This document shows positions 10,267 to 17,998 of a stretch of 64,000 bases of DNA, in pieces. Below the pieces are notes generated by a model that searched no databases, was not told the origin of the DNA, and worked only from the letters and a program-made list of their open reading frames with translations. A program made the translations under genes and the position numbers. How positions within the stretch are numbered: the first letter of the stretch is position 1; the number at the start of each line of letters is the position of its first letter. The DNA comes from an uncultured bacterium (GTDB lineage Bacteria > Acidobacteriota > HRBIN11 > JAKEFK01), in assembly GCA_963777505.1 (NCBI GenBank), contig CAVZQN010000011.1:96001-160000 (forward strand), given 5' to 3'.

Positions 10267-11262
10267 ATGTATAACATCACTTTAATTCCCGGAGACGGTA
10301 TCGGCCCCGAAATTTCTGAAGCTGTGCGGCGTGTTATTGAAGCTGTGGGGATAAAAGTTAATTGGGAAGTCTATGAAGCAGGGGCAAGTGCACAAGTAAA
10401 ATATGGCACAGTTTTGCCCGGTGAAGTTCTGGATTCAATCATCCGAAACAAAGTTGCATTAAAAGGTCCACTTACAACTCCTATCGGTGAAGGTTTTCAA
10501 AGTATCAATGTTACGTTACGCAAAACGTTAACGCTGTATGCAAACGTTCGTCCGATTCAGAATATTCCAGGTGTTAAAGCAAAGTATGAAAATGTCGACA
10601 TAATTATTGTTCGCGAAAACACCGAAGATTTGTATGCCGGACTAGAACATATAGTCATTCCAGGCGTTGTTGAAAGTTTGAAAATCATTACAGAGGCAGC
10701 CTCTACGCGGATCGCGCGGTATGCGTTTGAATTAGCCCGCAAGCAGCATCGCAAGAAAATTGTTGCGATCCATAAAGCCAACATTATGAAACTTTCTGAT
10801 GGCTTGTTTTTGGAAAGTATACGAAAAGTGCGGCGCGAATATCCGGAAATCGATTATGCCGAAATGATCGTAGATAATTGCGCAATGCAGATGGTTCTCA
10901 ATCCGCGTCAATTCGATGTAATGCTGTTACCAAATCTCTACGGAGATATCATTTCTGACTTAGGAGCAGGTTTAATAGGCGGATTGGGTCTTGCACCGAG
11001 CGGAAATATCGGCGAGCATGCTGCGCTATTTGAAGCGGTTCATGGAAGCGCACCTGATATTGCAGGGAAAAATATTGCCAATCCAACTGCATTAATGCTC
11101 TCTTCCGCATTGATGCTTCAGCATATCGGTGAACTGGAAGCTGCGACTCGAATCTTTAATGCTATAACAAGCGTTTTCGGTGAACAGAAAATTTTTACTC
11201 CTGATCTTGGCGGCACTGCAACAACTCAAAGCTTTACGGATGCTGTAATCAGCGCTCTCTAA
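10267..11262 (+). CDS. NAD-dependent isocitrate/isopropylmalate dehydrogenase family protein (IDH3-like)
   Basis: IPGDGIGPEI, RENTEDLY, HKANIMK, PNLYGDIISD, FEAVHGSAPDIAG. Confidence 0.9.
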   Translation: MYNITLIPGDGIGPEISEAVRRVIEAVGIKVNWEVYEAGASAQVKYGTVLPGEVLDSIIRNKVALKGPLTTPIGEGFQSINVTLRKTLTLYANVRPIQNIPGVKAKYENVDIIIVRENTEDLYAGLEHIVIPGVVESLKIITEAASTRIARYAFELARKQHRKKIVAIHKANIMKLSDGLFLESIRKVRREYPEIDYAEMIVDNCAMQMVLNPRQFDVMLLPNLYGDIISDLGAGLIGGLGLAPSGNIGEHAALFEAVHGSAPDIAGKNIANPTALMLSSALMLQHIGELEAATRIFNAITSVFGEQKIFTPDLGGTATTQSFTDAVISAL

Positions 11263-11264
11263 TC

Positions 11265-12572
11265 ATGTACGAAGATTACGAAAAAATACTCACACGACAT
11301 ATTGATGATTTGAGCCAGCCTCATATCGATGGTTACGAAAGAAACGGCGGGTATCAGGCATGGAAAAGAATTGTGACTGAAATGACGCCGGATCAAATTA
11401 CCGAAGAGGTAAAGAAGTCATCACTGCGTGGACGCGGCGGCGCAGGTTTTCCTACCGGACAAAAATGGAGTTTTGTACCAAAAAATACAGGTAAGCCAAC
11501 CTATCTATGCTGCAATGCAGATGAGAGTGAACCACTCACCTTTAAAGACAGGTTGATTATTGAAAAGGATCCACATCAGTTAATCGAAGGAATTTGCATC
11601 GCATCGTATGCACTGGGATGTGATAATGCATTCATCTATATCCGTGGGGAATTCGGATATGGTGCTCAGCAGCTCGATATTGCAATTCGTCAGGCGCGAG
11701 CAAAAAAATATCTTGGTAACAATCTTTTTGGAAAGAATGTAAATCTGAACATTACACTTTTCCGCGGCGCCGGAGCGTACATCTGCGGCGAAGAAACTGC
11801 GTTGATGGAATCATTGGAAGGAAAACGCGGGCAACCTCGCTTGAAACCTCCATTTCCTGCAGTCGTTGGACTATACGGATGTCCAACTGTTATCAATAAT
11901 GTTGAAACCCTCGCCAATCTTCCACATATCATCAATCGCGGTTCGGATTGGTATACGACACTGGGTCCGAAAAATAATCATGGACCTAAATTGTTTTGCC
12001 TCAGTGGATCAGTGGTAAAGCCCGGCGTTTATGAATATCCGATGGGGATGTCGCTTCGTGAAATGATCGACAAAGCCGGTGGTGTCACACCAGGACATAC
12101 GATTAAGGGAGTTATTCCCGGAGGCTCATCCGTTCCAGTCTTGCCTCCATCACTTCTTGATACATCAATGGATTTTGATTCACTTGTGAAAGCCGGCAGT
12201 ATGTTGGGTTCTGCTGGAATTCTTGTCATGGATGAAACGATGTGCATTGTGCGGCTAGCAATGATAACCGCACGTTTTTATGCGCATGAAACTTGCGGAC
12301 AATGTTCACAATGCCGCGAAGGCACACACTGGCTTTATCGGATTTTGCATCGCATCGAAGAAGGCGAAGGCTTGATGACAGATTTGGATGTTCTCACCAA
12401 CGCAAGCGAAAACATGATGGGACGAACAATCTGTGTACTATCTGATGCTGCTGCGATGCCTACACTCGGATTCTTAAAGCATTTTCGCGATGAATTCGAG
12501 CAGCATATTCGCGAGAAACGCTGTCCCCTTCCACGCATCCGCCAATTCGCGCAAGCACTAACTACTGTCTAG
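11265..12572 (+). CDS. nuoF: NADH-quinone oxidoreductase subunit F
   Basis: LRGRGGAGFPTG, NADESEP, GAGAYICGEETAL, ETCGQCSQCREG Fe-S motif. Confidence 0.95.
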   Translation: MYEDYEKILTRHIDDLSQPHIDGYERNGGYQAWKRIVTEMTPDQITEEVKKSSLRGRGGAGFPTGQKWSFVPKNTGKPTYLCCNADESEPLTFKDRLIIEKDPHQLIEGICIASYALGCDNAFIYIRGEFGYGAQQLDIAIRQARAKKYLGNNLFGKNVNLNITLFRGAGAYICGEETALMESLEGKRGQPRLKPPFPAVVGLYGCPTVINNVETLANLPHIINRGSDWYTTLGPKNNHGPKLFCLSGSVVKPGVYEYPMGMSLREMIDKAGGVTPGHTIKGVIPGGSSVPVLPPSLLDTSMDFDSLVKAGSMLGSAGILVMDETMCIVRLAMITARFYAHETCGQCSQCREGTHWLYRILHRIEEGEGLMTDLDVLTNASENMMGRTICVLSDAAAMPTLGFLKHFRDEFEQHIREKRCPLPRIRQFAQALTTV

Positions 12573-12589
12573 GAACTTTGCGTCTGCGG

Positions 12590-12633
12590 TTGCCTTACTA
12601 TCTTGTAAGGAAGTATACTTAATGGTAAGGAAG
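12590..12633 (+). promoter_or_regulatory. Sigma70 promoter with an overlapping operator for the TA module
   Basis: TTGCCT(12590)-N18-TATACT(12614); inverted repeat CCTTAC-N6-GTAAGG (12593-12610); GTAAGGAAG repeated at 12605 and 12625. Confidence 0.65.
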
Positions 12634-12635
12634 CA

Positions 12636-12880
12636 ATGCAAGAACAACACTAACGAGTAAAGGTCAAATTACACTCCCGAAAGATATCAGGCAGAAGCTT
12701 GAATTGGAGGCGGGCGATCAAATTGATTTTATTATCATGCCTGATGGCGATGTGTTCCTAAGACCTGCAAAATACGACATTCTGAAATTGGAAGGATCGC
12801 TTCAAAGCAAAAAAAGAAAACCGGTTACGATTGAGCAAATGAATGTTGCCGTCCGGGAGAGGATGAAGAAGTTTCGATGA
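12636..12880 (+). CDS. AbrB/MazE/SpoVT-family antitoxin (VapB-like); absent from the ORF track because of a 1-nt indel just after the ATG
   Basis: Reading frame RTTLTSKGQITLPKDIRQKLELEAGDQIDF...PVTIEQMN...KKFR*; its stop overlaps the toxin start (ATGA). Confidence 0.85.
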
Positions 12881-13265
12881 TAGGGCTGGATACGAATGTC
12901 ATAATCCGGTTTTTAGTTATGGATGATCCCACGCAAGCCAAGAAGGCATCGACACTGGTTCGAACGGCTCTTAAGAATCAAGAGGAATTGTTTATCGATT
13001 CCGTTGTTCTTTGTGAAATGGTTTGGGTACTTGAGGGAGCTATGAATTTGCGAAAGATGAAATCGCGGATGTATTGGAAAAAATAATGACTGAGCTGATC
13101 GCAATACAAGATCGTGATGAAGCCTGGCTGCATTGAATGACTATCGGCAAGGGCGGGCTGACTTTTCGATTATTACATTGGCAGGATCAACAAAAATTCC
13201 GGAGCGATTACACCGTGACTTTTGATCAGGAATTAAAAGAAAGCGACCTTTTTGTTCTGTTATGA
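12877..13265 (+). CDS. vapC: VapC PIN-domain toxin, with several indels in the 3' half
   Basis: MIGLDTNVIIRFL, VLCEMVWVL; downstream frames give YRQGRADF..YYIG and TVTFDQ.L. Confidence 0.8.
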
Positions 13266-13282
13266 ACTTTGCGCCTCTGCGG

Positions 13283-13809
13283 TTAAGGAATAGAACGGCA
13301 CCGCACCCGTTTTTTCTCAGGGTCCACACAAAAACACCAGCATCGACATCCTCTTTTGTTGGATCCAATACCATAGCAATGTGATGCTTATCATTGAAAT
13401 AATGCTCATCAATAAATTGGTCCGCAGAAGATAAAAACACTCCATAACCAGGATGTGTATGAAACCAACCGACAACTTTTTTGTCAGGAAACTGCGCAGT
13501 TAGATCATCGTGTATTTGTGCTTGCGCCTCATTGTTAAATTCGAATGATGCGCGGCGCGAAACACCTTTACGAGCCGGAATAAAATCATGAATCTCAACA
13601 AACCATCTTCGTGAAGCTCGCGCGATCCGTCCTACAAGCACTCCTCCCAATTCATAGCTTGTATCAGATGATGCATATTCGCGGATTCGATCCAGAGCAT
13701 TTTGGACGATGTAAACGACCAGCAGTTTCATCGGGTATTCGCGATCCACTTTTGATGGAAGCCGGCTTCGTTCTGTCTTTTGTTTTATTCGCCGGATCTT
13801 GATTTCCAT
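13283..13809 (-). CDS. JAB/MPN (Mov34) metallo-isopeptidase (deubiquitinase-like)
   Basis: ELGGVLVG and GWFHTHPGYGVFLSSAD (JAMM E...HxH-x7-S-x2-D). The true stop is probably TAA at 13283; the ORF-track extension to 13141 overlaps vapC. Confidence 0.9.
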
Positions 13810-14324
13810 TACTTCGCTTCCTTGCTGTCTTTATGAAGAATCTTAATAACCACTTTTCCAGCCTTATCACGAATCGGACGCGAATCGAGAGGAAACATGT
13901 GCAAATTAAAACGTGCCCATTCCGCCGCTTTTTTATCTAATGGCGATTGAAGATTGTATTTAACATAACGTGCCATATCAGCAAGCTCTGATACAAATTC
14001 GGCTAATGACCAGCTTGGCGCCCACTGTCCGCTGTGACAAACAGCTTGTAACTTAATGTTCGGATGAAAGATCGGACTTAACCACGTCACATCTGGCGGT
14101 TGAGATGGATATTGCGCGCCTAATACAATTTGACACTTGTGTTCTTGAATAATCGCTGGCTTTCCCGATCCATCAGACATAATTCCTGGACAAATAAAAC
14201 GGATCTGATATTGATTCGGGGGATTTCCTGATGCCGAAAAATCGATGATCGATGATTCAGTTTTCAGACGCAGCATCTCTTCAAAATCATTTTTCATCCG
14301 GATCTGTCTGCGATTCATTTTCAT
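13809..14324 (-). CDS. Ubiquitin-conjugating enzyme E2 (UBC fold)
   Basis: YPSQPP.V.WLSPIFHPNI....VC (HPN motif and catalytic Cys), WAPSWSL, YNLQSPLDKKAAEW; stop overlaps the JAB start (TAATG). Confidence 0.9.
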   Translation of the reverse strand: MKMNRRQIRMKNDFEEMLRLKTESSIIDFSASGNPPNQYQIRFICPGIMSDGSGKPAIIQEHKCQIVLGAQYPSQPPDVTWLSPIFHPNIKLQAVCHSGQWAPSWSLAEFVSELADMARYVKYNLQSPLDKKAAEWARFNLHMFPLDSRPIRDKAGKVVIKILHKDSKEAK

Positions 14325-14369
14325 TTCGTGAAGTAAAACGCCAATTATTTTGTTTGGTGTCTTTATCTT

Positions 14370-14651
14370 TTAGCGGTTGAGTTTTCCGGCAACAAACGTG
14401 GACGTCAACAAAAGTAAATCTCCGTTCTTTGTTGCGTATTCACCAAGTGTTTTGTTTTGCTTTAACTCCTGGCTGGTTCGTTTGTTTGAAAGCTGGTACG
14501 AGATCCGATTACCATCCGGTCCGACAAGAGGAAGCCCAAGTTGTTGCACCAACTGAGGCAACAAATCATCCAGCTTTGCGTCATCCGGCAATTCGACTTC
14601 GTATTCTTGATTTGTATCGGCGCGAACAACTGTAACGGTTATTTGTGACAT
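14370..14651 (-). CDS. Ubiquitin-like protein (EsaB/YukD beta-grasp) with C-terminal ...FVAG-KLNR
   Basis: Beta-grasp pattern ITVTVV..EYEVELP..LDDLLPQLVQQL..KTLGEY..KNGDLLLL; lies between the E1 and E2 genes. Confidence 0.85.
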   Translation of the reverse strand: MSQITVTVVRADTNQEYEVELPDDAKLDDLLPQLVQQLGLPLVGPDGNRISYQLSNKRTSQELKQNKTLGEYATKNGDLLLLTSTFVAGKLNR

Positions 14652-14691
14652 AGACGTTCAATGTATCATTTTTTACCGAAGAGTCACAGAG

Positions 14692-15828
14692 TTAATCCAA
14701 GACAAAAAATATTCGATCATTTTGAGTCTCAGCACAATAGATATGCTCCGATGGAAATCCCAATTCCCGAAAACTCTTGTTTCCCCAGCTTTCTGTACCT
14801 TCATAGGCAACAGCAATCTGAGGTTTGAAAACGCCTCCGCAATCGCAAAACGCCGAACCATTGTATAAGGATTGCGTTCCTGTAAATTCTTCATTTTTAC
14901 CGCATTGAATACACATTAAAGATGTCAGCAAATTTCGATCAAAGTCCCAGATCAATCGATCGGCATTCCATTCTTGTTTTGCAGCTTGAAGAACAGTTTG
15001 AATAGGATCACTTTGACGCACTCTCAATTGTTTTATTTCCCCAATCGGATCTGCGGATGCATGCAGTCCACAGTCTTCTGAAATTTCCAATGCTATGTCA
15101 AAGAAAACATCGCTTAAACCGTAAAGGCCAAGCCTTTTACCTGCGGGAACCTGCAATCCATGCAACTGCCTGACTCCAATCTGTACCTGAAGTGCTCCAA
15201 TAATGGATGCAATGGTTGGAGCAGTTGGTACATGTTGCTTAATTTCCGGATCCGTACTTTTTAGACATGAGATCCGTTTTTGAAGTTCCGCTCGATCGAC
15301 TCCGCTCAGAGTGCACTCATAACATGCCGTCGCCGGCGGCATAAATACCGAAACGGATCCATTTAGAGTGTCCAGGCCCCCGTCGATGAAAGGTTTTTTC
15401 AGAAAATATGCATATCGATTCATTGCATATCTCGCTTCACGATTGTCCAAACAGCCCAGGATTAAATCCATTTGCGATAAGAATCCGAATCCGAGATCGT
15501 AACGAACATCAATTCTTAACGGAACAAACGATGAATCGGGATTCATTTCAGAGGCACGAGCGGCAAGAACATCCGTTTTCCATTTTCCAACGTCATCGGC
15601 TCTAAAGAGTGCTGAGCGTGTCAGGTTTGTGGTCTCTATGCGGTCAAAGTCGACAATCCAAACTTTGCCAATTCCAAGCAGCGCAAGGTTTTTGACGACT
15701 TCATTTCCAAGAGCTCCAGCACCGACAACCAGAACGCGTGCGTGCTTTAGTTTTTCCTGATCCCACCAGCGAATTAATTTGAGCCGCTGATATCGATCCG
15801 TTTCAGGATCCGTTAGACGCAGCGTCAT
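14692..15828 (-). CDS. Ubiquitin-activating E1-like enzyme (ThiF/UBA3-like) with a C-terminal Zn/Ub-fold-like extension
   Basis: DRYQR, VVGAGALGNEVVKNLALLG, DFDRIETTNLTR, CLDNREAR, ACYECT...RISC (candidate catalytic Cys), CGLH, CIQC...CDC. Confidence 0.9.
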   Translation of the reverse strand: MTLRLTDPETDRYQRLKLIRWWDQEKLKHARVLVVGAGALGNEVVKNLALLGIGKVWIVDFDRIETTNLTRSALFRADDVGKWKTDVLAARASEMNPDSSFVPLRIDVRYDLGFGFLSQMDLILGCLDNREARYAMNRYAYFLKKPFIDGGLDTLNGSVSVFMPPATACYECTLSGVDRAELQKRISCLKSTDPEIKQHVPTAPTIASIIGALQVQIGVRQLHGLQVPAGKRLGLYGLSDVFFDIALEISEDCGLHASADPIGEIKQLRVRQSDPIQTVLQAAKQEWNADRLIWDFDRNLLTSLMCIQCGKNEEFTGTQSLYNGSAFCDCGGVFKPQIAVAYEGTESWGNKSFRELGFPSEHIYCAETQNDRIFFVLD

Positions 15829-16631
15829 AGCTGTGATTCTACCTGCTTTCGGACTTCATGTATTTCAGCTTCCATCGCTGAAAAACGTTGCTTAATTTTT
15901 TCCAAAGTAGCAGTTAGCTCATCCTCGCGCATACGAAAGTAGGTGTGATAATCGCGGCAGCATTCGTGCAGATCATGATCAATTTGAAACAGAAAATCGG
16001 AAAAAAGAATTCGGCCTGCAGGATTCCGTTTGTAAAAACTTTCAACAATTCTGTGGCCAATGAGTACAGTCTCAACCCATTTCAAACGCATGGCTGGACT
16101 TTGCAGTAATTTTGATACTGCGCGAACTTCCGATTGCGTAGAAGGAGACAAGAAAAAGGGAAGTGGTGCACCGGATTTAAATAGAGATGGTTTCGGTTTT
16201 CGAGTCAGCTTTTTTTTCTCATCTGGCTTAGTTTGAATCTCTGCCTCAACTTTTTCTGCAAGCAATACTTCCTTCCAATGCTGCAAAATAGAAGGATCGG
16301 TTTGCTCAATCATGGTCCAGGGTAGAGAGTGAAAAGCTTTCAGGTAGTCGTAATCCTTTCTTCCTGTCAGCGCTTGAAGTATGGACGCTACTTCTCCTAG
16401 ACGTCCCTCTGGAATTGAAAGGATCTTCAAATACGCAAGAGTCGGTTTTATCGCGGAAACTTCTCCAAGACACTGAGGGCAGTACCAATGATGTGCATGA
16501 TAACGATTGTGACAACTCTTGCAAGCAAATACTTGTATTTCACGGACTTCAATTGGAGGAGGTTCAACGGGCGATGTGCGGTTTGTAGAACGGCGTTTAA
16601 TGCGGACTTTAATACGATTCAAAAAACTCAT
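15825..16631 (-). CDS. Hypothetical protein: Zn-ribbon/RING-like motif, L7/L12-CTD-like segment and helical C-terminus
   Basis: ATG at 16631, 7 nt after the macrodomain stop; CKSCHNRYHAHHWYCPQC; stop overlaps the E1 start (ATGA). Confidence 0.75.
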   Translation of the reverse strand: MSFLNRIKVRIKRRSTNRTSPVEPPPIEVREIQVFACKSCHNRYHAHHWYCPQCLGEVSAIKPTLAYLKILSIPEGRLGEVASILQALTGRKDYDYLKAFHSLPWTMIEQTDPSILQHWKEVLLAEKVEAEIQTKPDEKKKLTRKPKPSLFKSGAPLPFFLSPSTQSEVRAVSKLLQSPAMRLKWVETVLIGHRIVESFYKRNPAGRILFSDFLFQIDHDLHECCRDYHTYFRMREDELTATLEKIKQRFSAMEAEIHEVRKQVESQL

Positions 16632-16638
16632 CGATATT

Positions 16639-17175
16639 TTACGAAGCTGCCTTAAAAATCCGCATTGCAGTTGTATTAAAAATTTTCTCGGCGGACTCAT
16701 CGAACAAACAAAATCGTATTTCTTGAAGCTTCGTTTCACCCTCACAATATTGATGAACGACTTGCAGCATAATTTCTGCACAGCGTTCCATAGGATAGCC
16801 GAATATTCCTGTGCTGATTGCTGGAAAACTAATAGTATGAATTGCTTCACTATCGGCTAAACGTAAGCTGTTTGAAGTGGCATTCCGAAGTTTTTCATCT
16901 TCATCCCCTTCGCCCATTCTTGGTCCAACCGCATGAATGATGTAAGGTGCTTTTAAATCTCCTCCGGTGGTTATGGCAGCACTCCCAACAGGAACGAATC
17001 CGACCCTGTCTGATTCATCCTGAATGATTTTACCCCCTTTACGAACAATGGCGGCTGCAACACCTCCGCCATGCTGAAGTTGAGAATTTGCAGCATTAAC
17101 GATGGCTCCAGTGTCTTCTTCAGTGATATCTGCACGCTTTACTATAATTGTAGTATTACCAGCCTGATAATTCAC
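16639..17175 (-). CDS. Macrodomain protein (MacroD/YmdB-like ADP-ribose hydrolase)
   Basis: ADIT, AIVNAAN, GGGVAAAI, IIHAVGP, ISFPAISTGIFGYP. Confidence 0.92.
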   Translation of the reverse strand: MNYQAGNTTIIVKRADITEEDTGAIVNAANSQLQHGGGVAAAIVRKGGKIIQDESDRVGFVPVGSAAITTGGDLKAPYIIHAVGPRMGEGDEDEKLRNATSNSLRLADSEAIHTISFPAISTGIFGYPMERCAEIMLQVVHQYCEGETKLQEIRFCLFDESAEKIFNTTAMRIFKAAS

Positions 17176-17195
17176 GAAAAAAAACCACCTTTCCC

Positions 17196-17858
17196 TTATC
17201 CTAACATAACTCTTTTTTTGCTCTTTTGTAGGTCTTTTGGGGCAATAAGTTGATCCAGCCGCAATCGGATCCGTTCAAGAGCCGTAACAGGAGTTTCCTG
17301 CAGATCCAACGATATGGCAGATTCAGGAATTTGAATTTTAGGATGATCGGATGTGCCTTTCTTTTTATTCAGGATAATGAAATTGGCTCCGTTCAGGATT
17401 TGTTCAGCATTATCTTTCCAACGCGATGGTGGAATGTTGTTTGCTGCAACATAAAACATCAGATCGGGTTTGCATATCGATGTAACTGTGCTTCCTTCCA
17501 TGATGGTCAAGGCATTTTTGGGAAGGTGTTCAATGAGATGTTGAAACGCTTCAGCAAGATATGATTTTCTGGAAATGATCCAAACCACTTCCTTTGCGCC
17601 TGCCGCAGCAAGTCGTTGCGTGTTTTTTCCTGATTGCATCAAAACTGCAGGATCGCGAACAATACGGAAGCGATCGGATAAATCGCAAACTGTACATGGT
17701 GCCCCGCGTGGACACGGAGATGGAATATCGGTGGTGGTTGTAAACTTTACCGCATACACGGGAATATTCTGGTCAGCGAAGTATCGGATTAATTGCTCCG
17801 CGAGCAAAGTTTTTCCAGCGCGGCTCGTTGCACCCGCAACGCTGATGATCCGAATGTC
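17196..17858 (-). CDS. MobB-like P-loop NTPase with a Cys cluster; start uncertain
   Basis: The frame upstream of the ORF-track start reads IRIISVAGATSRAGKTL (Walker A); CPRGAPCTVC; GKNTQRLAAAGA; IMEGS. Confidence 0.7.
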   Translation of the reverse strand, partial: DIRIISVAGATSRAGKTLLAEQLIRYFADQNIPVYAVKFTTTTDIPSPCPRGAPCTVCDLSDRFRIVRDPAVLMQSGKNTQRLAAAGAKEVVWIISRKSYLAEAFQHLIEHLPKNALTIMEGSTVTSICKPDLMFYVAANNIPPSRWKDNAEQILNGANFIILNKKKGTSDHPKIQIPESAISLDLQETPVTALERIRLRLDQLIAPKDLQKSKKRVMLG

Positions 17859-17923
17859 TTTGCGATTGTAGAGTTATTAGCTCATGGCGTTACCGGGGTG
17901 TCGATTTGAGTTCTTAGAGATAC

Positions 17924-17998
17924 TGCCGAGGAGCTGGCGCAGCAGAGGTGCGGGCTGTAATTGTTTCATAATGCTTCTACCCTCAGCTTCGCTCGGCA
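17924..17998. repeat. Degenerate inverted repeat (REP-like)
   Basis: TGCCGAGGAGCTG ... CAGCTTCGCTCGGCA. Confidence 0.45.

Noticed and set aside
13141-13282. C-terminal extension of the JAB ORF
   Set aside because: It overlaps the vapC 3' end on the opposite strand; probably indel read-through
14370-15828. E1 + Ubl as a MoeB/MoaD or ThiF/ThiS sulfur-carrier pair (a MobB-like gene is nearby)
   Set aside because: A UBC E2 with HPN and catalytic Cys is in the same operon, the Ubl is YukD-like rather than ThiS/MoaD-like, and no moaE, thiG, cysteine synthase or rhodanese gene is present
16632-16850. N-terminal 73 aa of the 341-aa ORF
   Set aside because: It overlaps the macrodomain gene; the ATG at 16631 right after the macrodomain stop is more plausible
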